Source: Chthoniobacteraceae bacterium (GTDB taxonomy: Bacteria; Verrucomicrobiota; Verrucomicrobiia; Chthoniobacterales; Chthoniobacteraceae). Taken from it: a stretch of DNA of 21,626 nt. The stretch covers positions 1 to 21,626 of the forward strand of contig JANNXQ010000129.1 of NCBI GenBank assembly GCA_031409655.1, written 5' to 3'. Below are positions 1 to 6,899 of this stretch, in pieces; position 1 is the first letter of the stretch; every line of letters starts with the position of its first letter. The notes under the pieces were generated by a model that searched no databases, was not told where the DNA came from, and worked only from the letters and a program-made list of their open reading frames with translations. Position numbers and translations under genes: made by a program.

Positions 1-74
1 AGGAACTTCTCCCGCCGGGTGATCTTCTTTTTGCGGCTATACTCGGTCTGCGCGAAACTCCGTTGGGCTTCCAT
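1..74 (-). CDS. IS5-family transposase, N-terminal 24 codons (partial, runs off the window)
   Basis: Hand translation from ATG at 74 gives MEAQRSFAQTEYSRKKKITRREKF(L), matching the IS5-subgroup N-terminal pattern 'Q.SFA..EY..K.K.TR.E.FL'. Not in the ORF track. Confidence 0.85.
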   Translation of the reverse strand, partial: MEAQRSFAQTEYSRKKKITRREKF

Positions 75-122
75 CCCTCTACGACCCCGCACCTCCTCAT
101 GACCTTTGCCCACGCGTCTGAT

Positions 123-137
123 TAAATCAGCGTTTCC
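123..137 (-). repeat. Putative IS terminal inverted repeat (left end), flanked by candidate target duplication CTAA at 138..141
   Basis: + strand TAAATCAGCGTTTCC|CTAA, about 50-60 bp upstream of the transposase ATG. The partner IR cannot be seen. Confidence 0.7.
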
Positions 138-327
138 CTAATCGTCGAACGCCGATGCCACCCCAATCTCGTGCAAGAGCGAAATACTAGAGCCGACGCC
201 TTTCATTGTTCCGCTCGCTGGAACTAGCAGCCGCGTCGGCTGGGCTCTGCGACCGCGGTGATCTTGCTAAATGGGGTGGCGTCGTGGCAGGTTGCGACTT
301 GCCGCGCAGGGCCAACCGCTATCCCGC

Positions 328-1662
328 ATGTTTTATCTCAAAAATTTCAAAAACTTCGCCGAAGCGGAACTCGACGATGAGCGGCCCGTCACGCTACTCA
401 TCGGCCCCAACGGCGCGGGCAAGAGCAACTTGATTGAAGCGGTCGAACTCCTTTCATTCCTCGCCGCGGGCCATCCGCTTCACGAGGTGACTGACCTCGG
501 GCGTGGTGGCGGTCTTGAAGTCCGCGGCGGCCTTGATGCCTGTGCGAGCTTTGGTCACGACACCTTCACTCTCGGTCATCGCTCGCGAATCTTGCCCCTC
601 GATGGAGGTTATGAGGTCGATTACCAAGTCACAGTGCGTGTGGGAAATGAGCGGCGCGTCGTCGGCGAGTCGCTGCGCATAGTCGGGCGGCACATTCCGA
701 TTTTTGAGATTCTACCGGCGATTCATAGGGCTGCCTCGGCGGACAATGAGGTGCGATATGACAACCGTGCCCGCGGAAAGAACAAGCCCGTTGCATCGGT
801 GGCTGCCGACAGATCCGCACTGTCGCAATACGCCCGGTTTGCCTCAAAAGATACGAAGCTCCCGCACACCCTGGCAGCCATCAATGCGGTCCTTAAGGCC
901 CTAGAGGCACCCGCTGTGTTCGATCCCGTCCCTAGCCGCATGCGTGAGTATCAGCAGAACACACAAAGCCGTCTTGCGCGGGATGGATTCAACATCTCGC
1001 CGGCCCTTTATCAGCTTCATACCTTCGCCGTCACGCCACCGCGACGTGGCACGTCGGAGAAACCGGAAGTCGTCGGCATGGGATGGGGAGACTCGGTCGC
1101 TCGCATCCTCAAACGCATCGCTCAGCTCCCCGATGAACCGTTTAAGAGCTTTGAATTCTTCACCACCAAGACTGGAGACGTTCTGTTTGGATTCAATACG
1201 CTGCACAGTGACAAAACCATCACCGCCCGCGTCCTTTCCGATGGCACTTTGCGCGCATTGGGTATTCTCACCGCCTTGGAAACTTCACCAAGGGGCTCGC
1301 AACTGGTGCTCGAGGAATTCGACAACGGCGTTCACCCCAGCCGCACGCACATTTTGAGCGAAGCGCTCTTTGAATGTGCCGAGTTACGCAAGCTCCATGT
1401 CCTAGCGACTACGCATAATCCCGCCACCCTGAATGCGCTCACCGCCGAGCAAATCGACGGCGTGCTCCTCGTCGTGCCCGACGCGGCGAGAAAATTCGCC
1501 CGGCTCCTGCCCATCAAGGAATTGCCGGGCTACATCGAATTCGTCGAGCAAGGCCGCCTCGGCGACCTCATCACCCGGCGAGTCTATGAGCGGCATCTCG
1601 GCACTGATTATGAAGGTGAACGGAAGAAGGACCTCGTCGAGTGGCTTGAGGCGTTACCGTGA
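328..1662 (+). CDS. ABC-superfamily (AAA_21/AAA_15-like) soluble ATPase
   Basis: N-terminal LKNFKNF strand, Walker A GPNGAGKSN, signature LSDGT, Walker B/D-loop LVLEEFDNGVHP and H-loop TTHNP. No TM segments. Start placed at ATG 328; the frame is open from 271, so the start is uncertain. Confidence 0.9.
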   Translation: MFYLKNFKNFAEAELDDERPVTLLIGPNGAGKSNLIEAVELLSFLAAGHPLHEVTDLGRGGGLEVRGGLDACASFGHDTFTLGHRSRILPLDGGYEVDYQVTVRVGNERRVVGESLRIVGRHIPIFEILPAIHRAASADNEVRYDNRARGKNKPVASVAADRSALSQYARFASKDTKLPHTLAAINAVLKALEAPAVFDPVPSRMREYQQNTQSRLARDGFNISPALYQLHTFAVTPPRRGTSEKPEVVGMGWGDSVARILKRIAQLPDEPFKSFEFFTTKTGDVLFGFNTLHSDKTITARVLSDGTLRALGILTALETSPRGSQLVLEEFDNGVHPSRTHILSEALFECAELRKLHVLATTHNPATLNALTAEQIDGVLLVVPDAARKFARLLPIKELPGYIEFVEQGRLGDLITRRVYERHLGTDYEGERKKDLVEWLEALP

Positions 1663-2156
1663 ACGTTGTCTTCTACGTCTTTGATACCAGCTATCTGATT
1701 GAGCTGGCCGACTGCGGACGCGATGCCGATCCGAAGGCTAGCCCGCACGTTCGCAAATTAGCCAAGCAAGCCGCAGCCGCAGGTGCGCGGTTCGTGGTGC
1801 CGCTGCCGTGCCTCTTCGAACTCGGCGACCACATCGCAGACGTGGGACATACAGTTCGCAGGCAGGAACTCGCGGATTGGCTCGCAAAAACCGTGACAGC
1901 CAGCCTCGAAACGGAAAGGCCTTGGATCATCACGCCGACCGGCGACCCGAAAGCCATCCTGCCAGAACTGCTCCAGATTTTTCGTGGCCAAGGCGTGAAA
2001 AAGCAGATCGGATTGGTGGACCTCTTCGCAGCTTCCGAGGCGCATCGGCTCAAAACCGATTACCGCGACCGCAAAGCCAAGGTGCATATTTGGACCAATG
2101 ACCGGGCATTGAAAGGACAGGAACCGGATCACGAGCCGAACCCATTCCACTGGTAA
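1659..2156 (+). CDS. PIN-domain (VapC-like) ribonuclease
   Basis: Acidic quartet in PIN spacing: VFD9TS, LFE54LG, GLVD121L, IWTND148RAL. The GTG start overlaps the ATPase stop (GTGA). Confidence 0.8.
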   Translation: MNVVFYVFDTSYLIELADCGRDADPKASPHVRKLAKQAAAAGARFVVPLPCLFELGDHIADVGHTVRRQELADWLAKTVTASLETERPWIITPTGDPKAILPELLQIFRGQGVKKQIGLVDLFAASEAHRLKTDYRDRKAKVHIWTNDRALKGQEPDHEPNPFHW

Positions 2157-2163
2157 GGAACGG

Positions 2164-3306
2164 GTGCGCCCAGACGACTGGAATTTCAGCCAAATGAATC
2201 CCGACGACGAGAATTGGTTTCGACGGAAAATCGAAGAGGCCGTTTTCGCGGCGGTTCAGGCGTTGCTGGACGCTGACAAGGCAGCGGAACGCGCTGACGC
2301 GGTGCGTCGGAAGCATCCTGGGATGCCGAAGGATGCGTTGGCTCAAATTCTGATCGATCGAGCTACGCGAAAGACAATGGTGGAAGGTGCCTTGAACGGT
2401 GCCGCAATTACGGCCGTAGAAATCCCGCTTGCAGCACCGGTTCCCGAGCCGGGACACAAGGCGCTCGCCATTTCAGGCATTAGCGCTCTGATCGTAGGCG
2501 ATATCGGCTTCACGACCAAAGTTCAGATGCAGCTGCTCCTCGAGATCGGCGAACTCTATGAGTGCCCATTTTCGAAAGACGATGAGGACGATGTATGGTT
2601 GATCTTCAAGGCGGCACTTGGCGCGAAAGGGACTGAACGGATAGGCGGCTACGGGAGGTTCGTGTTCGATCAGACAGCCAGGAAGCAGTTTCGACGCTTA
2701 CTCCGAGCGCATGGAATACGGCGGACAGCTCAGCGAATCGTTCAGAAAGTTGCAGGGAAGGAAGTAGCAAAACGCATCTCTGAAAGGGCCCTTCTGCGAT
2801 TAATCTGGGCGGCCAACATCGTCATAGGGGCTTGGTTCAATCGGCGCGCAACAAAGGCAGTCGGGAAATGGGCGAAAGTGAAAGCGAAGGTTCGCGCCTC
2901 AATGTTCAAGGAAATAGATCACATCAAAGCGAACGATCGGGCCTCCGCTGTGCTTGTGTTGCCTCTCGTCTTCTGGGTTGGGACTGCCGACGACACGCTG
3001 GTCGACAACACAATTACGCTCTATGCGCAGGCGACACGTCGTCTGAGTTTGACACCTGAGGAACTGGACGAGGTGGAAAAAATCGTGGATCAGGAGGATC
3101 TCGCGGAAGCCATTGAGTTAAGGCTCCGCAACGTCCCTGACTTAGTGCGACGAGAATTTCTCGCTATCGCCGTCACATCCACCGCGGCTGCAAGATTGGA
3201 GATCGTCGAGGCGCATCATCAAGCTTTGATAACTATCAGCCAAGCGTTGGGACAGACTTATGCGCGGAAAGACCTTCAGGAAAAGATCAGCTATCTGACG
3301 CGATAG
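2164..3306 (+). CDS. EcsC-like helical protein with TerB-like C-terminal domain
   Basis: The N-terminal ~240 aa has EcsC-like features (small-residue helices EGALNGAAITA, 'QMQLLLEIGELY', 'NIVIGAWFNRRATKAVGKWAK'). The C-terminal ~120 aa has a two-repeat helical pattern (VGTADDTL...LSLTPEEL; ...ALITISQALG) reminiscent of TerB. AAGGAA RBS before GTG, 7 bp after the PIN stop. Confidence 0.6.
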   Translation: MRPDDWNFSQMNPDDENWFRRKIEEAVFAAVQALLDADKAAERADAVRRKHPGMPKDALAQILIDRATRKTMVEGALNGAAITAVEIPLAAPVPEPGHKALAISGISALIVGDIGFTTKVQMQLLLEIGELYECPFSKDDEDDVWLIFKAALGAKGTERIGGYGRFVFDQTARKQFRRLLRAHGIRRTAQRIVQKVAGKEVAKRISERALLRLIWAANIVIGAWFNRRATKAVGKWAKVKAKVRASMFKEIDHIKANDRASAVLVLPLVFWVGTADDTLVDNTITLYAQATRRLSLTPEELDEVEKIVDQEDLAEAIELRLRNVPDLVRREFLAIAVTSTAAARLEIVEAHHQALITISQALGQTYARKDLQEKISYLTR

Positions 3307-3346
3307 AATAGGTCGGCTCTCACTCTTTGCGGAGGGCGCGGCTGGG

Positions 3347-4118
3347 TCAGTTCCTGAATCTCGCTCGCGGAAGGCTGGCTCTCATTCCCGCCGGGTGATC
3401 CGCACGATCCGCCCGCCCGGTGAGTTGCTCCTCGATCCGAGTCACCCGCGCCGAGCGGCAGGGCGACGAATTGCCGGATGAGCCCTGCGCCGACGGAGAA
3501 TCTATCGAGTCACGGCTGGCCGGGGACGGCGACGTAATCCTGCGGCTCGCAGTCCAGCTCCGCGGTCCACGCTTCACCGGAAACGGCTTTGATCTTTCCC
3601 GCCGCGATCGTCACCGCGAACGGATACGGAGCCGGAAAGCTGATCCAGAGCGCCTCACTCTGATCCATGGGCGAAACGACCCCGCCGCGCTGGAGCCAGG
3701 AGGCCGGAGCCGTCGCGGGAAAGTCGTCCAAGGAACGGAGTGGGAACTCGCCGAGGCCGGCGGGAAGTGGGTAAGTCCGGCCGTCGTCGGGAATCCGCAG
3801 GGTGCGCTGAAAGGCGATGGTCAGGGCCGGGAACGATGCGTCGTGCAATCCGGCGGCGCGCAGAGCCGCGGTGCGCAGGGCGGCTTCGATCTCGTCCGCC
3901 GTCGAGGTCATCACCCGGAGGCAATGCCGGTCCTGCTCCGCCCGGCTGAGTCGGCGAAATCCCCACCGCGATTTGAGTTCGGCGAGCAGGGAGTTGCGCC
4001 CCTCGAGACGCTGGAAATCGGCGAGGATGAGTTCGATCTCCCGCTCGAAGTGGGCGCGGAGTTTCGGGGCGATTTCCAGGAAGGTGAACGAAAGGCCGTC
4101 GTTTTCGAGTGTGATCAT
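3347..4118 (-). pseudogene. Disrupted conserved hypothetical protein ('FQRTLRIPDDG.YPLP.GLG.FPL' family)
   Basis: Starts MITLENDGLSFTF at 4118. In-frame TGA at 3512..3510 in VPGQP*LD, where I recall PWLDG in homologues. The frame continues LDRFSVGAGLIRQFVALPLGAGDS, then one extra base near 3437 shifts into IEEQLTG, after which similarity is lost. Confidence 0.75.
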
Positions 4119-4147
4119 GGGTGGATGGGTTGACGGTTCGGAAGGGC

Positions 4148-4459
4148 TCACCAGTCGCCATCGCGGATCTGGCGGGAGATGGCGGAGACGCATTTGGCGG
4201 AGAGGCCCCGCAGCGCGCGCAGGAGTTCCGCGACCACGGTGGGGCGTTCGCGGATGATTTCGAGCAGATCGCTCGAGACCTTCCCGGCCAACGCCAGTAG
4301 CGTATCGGGACTTTCCCCAAGCCCCTCGGCCAGACGGCGGATGGTCTGTTCGCCCTGGAGCGGCTCCTCCCGGTGCTCGATCTTGCTCAGATAGGAAGGC
4401 TCTATGCCCACGCGCCAGGCGACCTCACGCAGAAAAAAGGCGGGATCGCTCTCCGACAT
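4148..4459 (-). CDS. XRE-family helix-turn-helix transcriptional regulator (possibly N-terminally truncated)
   Basis: LREVAWRVGIEPSYLSKIE is a classic XRE HTH, followed by TIRRLAEGLGESPDTLLALAGKV. It lies 29 bp upstream of the pseudogene on the same strand. Confidence 0.8.
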   Translation of the reverse strand: MSESDPAFFLREVAWRVGIEPSYLSKIEHREEPLQGEQTIRRLAEGLGESPDTLLALAGKVSSDLLEIIRERPTVVAELLRALRGLSAKCVSAISRQIRDGDW

Positions 4460-4496
4460 CCACTGCGCCGGGCCGCCCAGGAGGGCGACTGGGCGC

Positions 4497-5609
4497 CTAC
4501 CCCTTCGGCGCGTCTTTCACGCAGCGGAAGCCGGTGTTTTGCAGGCCAGTATCGGGGGCGGTTTTCATCCGGGCGCTGGGGCGGTAGCCGCGGCAGTAGT
4601 TGTCGCTGCACATCCAGGAGCCACCGCGGGTGACTTTCTTCCAGACACCGGGCTCGGCCGGGTCGTGGCTGTCGGTGGGGCCGGGCGGGTTTTTGCGCGC
4701 GGCACGGTCGGGGTTCTTGTGGAGCGCGGCGTAGTAGTCGGGGCGATACCAGTCGTTGACGATCTCCCAGACGTTGCCGGCCATGTCGTGGAGGCCGTAG
4801 CCATTTGCGGGAAAGCTGCCGACCGGCGCGGTGCCGTCGAAGCCGTCTTCGATCCGGCGTTCGACGGGAAATTTTCCCTGCCAGATATTGGCCATCCACT
4901 TCCCGCCGGGCTGCATTTCGGCACCCCAGATGAAGGGCTTGGAGACGAGACCGCCGCGAGCCGCGTATTCCCATTCGGCTTCGGTCGGGAGCCGCTTGCC
5001 AGCCCATTTGCAAAAGGCCACGGCGTCTTCGTAGCAGACATGTACCACGGGGTGTTGCTCGCGCCCTTTGAGATCGGATTTCGGCCCGGAAGGATGCCGC
5101 CAGTTCGCACCGATCACCGGCTCCCACCATTGATACGCATTCGTCATCGGCTCGCCAGGTTGCGGCGTGCGCAGGCAGAGCGAGATGGCTTTGCCTTCAA
5201 ACTCCGCACCCAGTCCGGGGGTCGTCTTCGCGCTCAGCGGGCGCTCGGCCACGGTGATGTAACCCGTGGCATCCGCGAACCGCTGGAACTGCTCATTGGT
5301 CACTTCATACTGATCGATCCAGAAGCCATCGATCTTCACATCGTGCAGCGGTTGCTCGTCCCCCGGCACGTCTTCCCCCGTCCCGCCCATCGTGAAACTG
5401 CCGGTCGGAATCCACACCATGTCGCCTTGCGAAATCCCGGCACTCACCGCCGCGGTATTTTCGCGCTCGTGTCTGATCCGCCGCGCTTCGCGCGTAATCC
5501 AGAAAGCGCTCATGAGGATGAAGACGACGATGAAGCCGCCCATGATCAACGCGGAGCGCGTCGCAGGAGGGATGAGTGACGGGGTATCGGAATCGAGTTT
5601 TTTGCTCAC
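4497..5609 (-). CDS. Formylglycine-generating enzyme (FGE/SUMF1-family sulfatase-modifying factor) with N-terminal membrane anchor
   Basis: Motifs F.MG, YEVTNEQF, HPVVHV, RLPTEAEWEYAARGG, NGYGLHDMAGNVWE and RGGSWMCSDNYCRGYRPSAR with both catalytic Cys. TM segment ALIMGGFIVVFILMSAFWI. Start uncertain: GTG 5609 chosen because upstream starts collide with the divergent gene. Confidence 0.88.
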   Translation of the reverse strand: MSKKLDSDTPSLIPPATRSALIMGGFIVVFILMSAFWITREARRIRHERENTAAVSAGISQGDMVWIPTGSFTMGGTGEDVPGDEQPLHDVKIDGFWIDQYEVTNEQFQRFADATGYITVAERPLSAKTTPGLGAEFEGKAISLCLRTPQPGEPMTNAYQWWEPVIGANWRHPSGPKSDLKGREQHPVVHVCYEDAVAFCKWAGKRLPTEAEWEYAARGGLVSKPFIWGAEMQPGGKWMANIWQGKFPVERRIEDGFDGTAPVGSFPANGYGLHDMAGNVWEIVNDWYRPDYYAALHKNPDRAARKNPPGPTDSHDPAEPGVWKKVTRGGSWMCSDNYCRGYRPSARMKTAPDTGLQNTGFRCVKDAPKG

Positions 5610-5715
5610 AGAAAGGGGAACGTCTGCGGGCGGCCCGGGGGTTGCAAGCGCTCGTTGGGCCGTGGCCCGCGTCTCCGGTCTTGCGACCCGCGATTTCCTG
5701 CTATTCCATCGCGGC

Positions 5716-6414
5716 ATGAAGTCTCTCCTCTTCTCCCTCCTGCTCGCCACCACCGTTCCTTCCTTCGCGACGGAACTGCCGAACACCCTCACCGACGCCG
5801 AAAAAGCCGCCGGTTGGAAATTGCTCTTCGACGGCAAGGATGCTGGCCAGTCGTGGCGCGGCTACCAGAAGGACACGCTGCCTGCGCAGTGGGCGGTGGA
5901 AGACGGCGCGCTCGTTTTGAAAACCAAAGGTGGCGGTGACATCGTCACCAAAGACCAGTTCGAGAGCTTCGAGTTTTCCATGGATTGGAAGATCAGCGAG
6001 GGCGGCAATTCCGGCCTCATGTTAAAAGTGCTCGAGACCGAGCCGAAGCCCTGGTTCACCGGACCCGAGTGCCAGATCCAGGACAACGTGAAGGGTCACG
6101 ACGCGCAGAAAGCCGGCTGGATGTACCAGCTCTACGCCGCGAGCGTCGATACCACGAAGCCCGCCGGAGAATGGAACCGCTTCGTGCTCAAGTGCGTGAA
6201 GACGACGACGGGCACTTTCAAATGCGAGCACTGGATGAACGGCACGAAGTATGTGGAATACGAGATCGGTTCCGCGGACTGGAACGCAAAAGTCGCTGCA
6301 TCGAAATTCAAGGACAAGGCAGGCTTCGGCAAAGCGGCGAAGGGACACCTCTGTCTCCAGGATCACGGAAACGTCGTCGCCTTCCGCAATCTCAAGATCC
6401 GCGAGCTCCCGTAA
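5716..6414 (+). CDS. DUF1080 / 3-keto-disaccharide hydrolase family secreted protein
   Basis: Signal peptide MKSLLFSLLLATTVPSFA. Motifs NTLTDAEKAAGWKLLFDGK, GGNSG, ECQIQD, GEWN and GHLCLQDHG..VAFRNLKIREL. Confidence 0.9.
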   Translation: MKSLLFSLLLATTVPSFATELPNTLTDAEKAAGWKLLFDGKDAGQSWRGYQKDTLPAQWAVEDGALVLKTKGGGDIVTKDQFESFEFSMDWKISEGGNSGLMLKVLETEPKPWFTGPECQIQDNVKGHDAQKAGWMYQLYAASVDTTKPAGEWNRFVLKCVKTTTGTFKCEHWMNGTKYVEYEIGSADWNAKVAASKFKDKAGFGKAAKGHLCLQDHGNVVAFRNLKIRELP

Positions 6415-6442
6415 CGCCGACGGGACTTCCGTTTGGCCGACG

Positions 6443-6754
6443 CTAAGCCGAGCGCAGAAAAGCGATGCCCGCCACGATCATCGCCACCGCGCCCGTCTTC
6501 TGCAGGGTCACCCCTTCGCCAAAAAACACCGCCCCCATCCCGAAGGCCAGCACGGCTTCGAGGCCGAGCACCAGGATGTAAGTAACACCCAGTTCCGTGC
6601 CGCGCATGGCCTGCGATTGAAGCACGGCGCCGAGGCTGAAGAGCGCGACGAAGATCGCCACCGGCGCGGCATGCTGGAGACCGTTCGCGTGTTTCATGGC
6701 GACCCCGCCAGTCGTAAAAGCGAGCGCGGCGAAGAGAGCAAGGCAGAGGTACAT
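6443..6754 (-). CDS. SMR/DMT-like small four-helix membrane transporter
   Basis: 103 aa with four hydrophobic helices. AMRGTELGVTY, FFGEGVTLQK and the G-rich last helix match the SMR layout. Confidence 0.8.
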   Translation of the reverse strand: MYLCLALFAALAFTTGGVAMKHANGLQHAAPVAIFVALFSLGAVLQSQAMRGTELGVTYILVLGLEAVLAFGMGAVFFGEGVTLQKTGAVAMIVAGIAFLRSA

Positions 6755-6899
6755 AGTGAGTTGGGGTGAGACGAAGAACGTGTGGAGCGGGCCGAAGCCA
6801 CTCTCCAAATACTGCCCCTCAGAATTTAACGCACCCCGCGGCCAAACTTTCCCAGATTCCTGCCACCGCCGATTGGGGTTCCTCAGAACGCCCGCGCCT

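Larger units (their letters stand above)
1..137 (-). mobile_element. Left end of an IS5-family (IS5 subgroup) insertion sequence, continuing beyond the window start
   Basis: The minus strand reads GGAAACGCTGATTTA (137..123), resembling IS5-subgroup terminal inverted repeats. It abuts CTAA (138..141), a YTAR target tetranucleotide, and lies just upstream of a transposase N-terminus. The other end is outside the window. Confidence 0.8.

Noticed and set aside
271..327. N-terminal extension of the ATPase from ATG 271
   Set aside because: ATPases of this type begin a few residues before the 'KNFK' strand, and the extension is Arg/Gly-rich and likely non-coding.
10..3400. Exact 15-bp direct repeat TCCCGCCGGGTGATC at 10..24 and 3386..3400, apparently bracketing the three-gene operon like att sites
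   Set aside because: The left copy lies inside the IS5 transposase coding sequence, no integrase or tRNA is adjacent, and one GC-rich 15-mer match is plausible by chance in 21 kb of high-GC DNA.
3510..3512. TGA read as Trp or selenocysteine (recoding)
   Set aside because: Other genes in the window end in TGA and use TGG for Trp, and a frameshift follows about 70 bp later, so decay is the simpler explanation.
5715..5718. CATG shared by a minus-strand ATG in the FGE frame and the DUF1080 ATG
   Set aside because: It would leave no promoter space for the divergent genes, and the FGE extension looks non-protein-like. A downstream start is more plausible.
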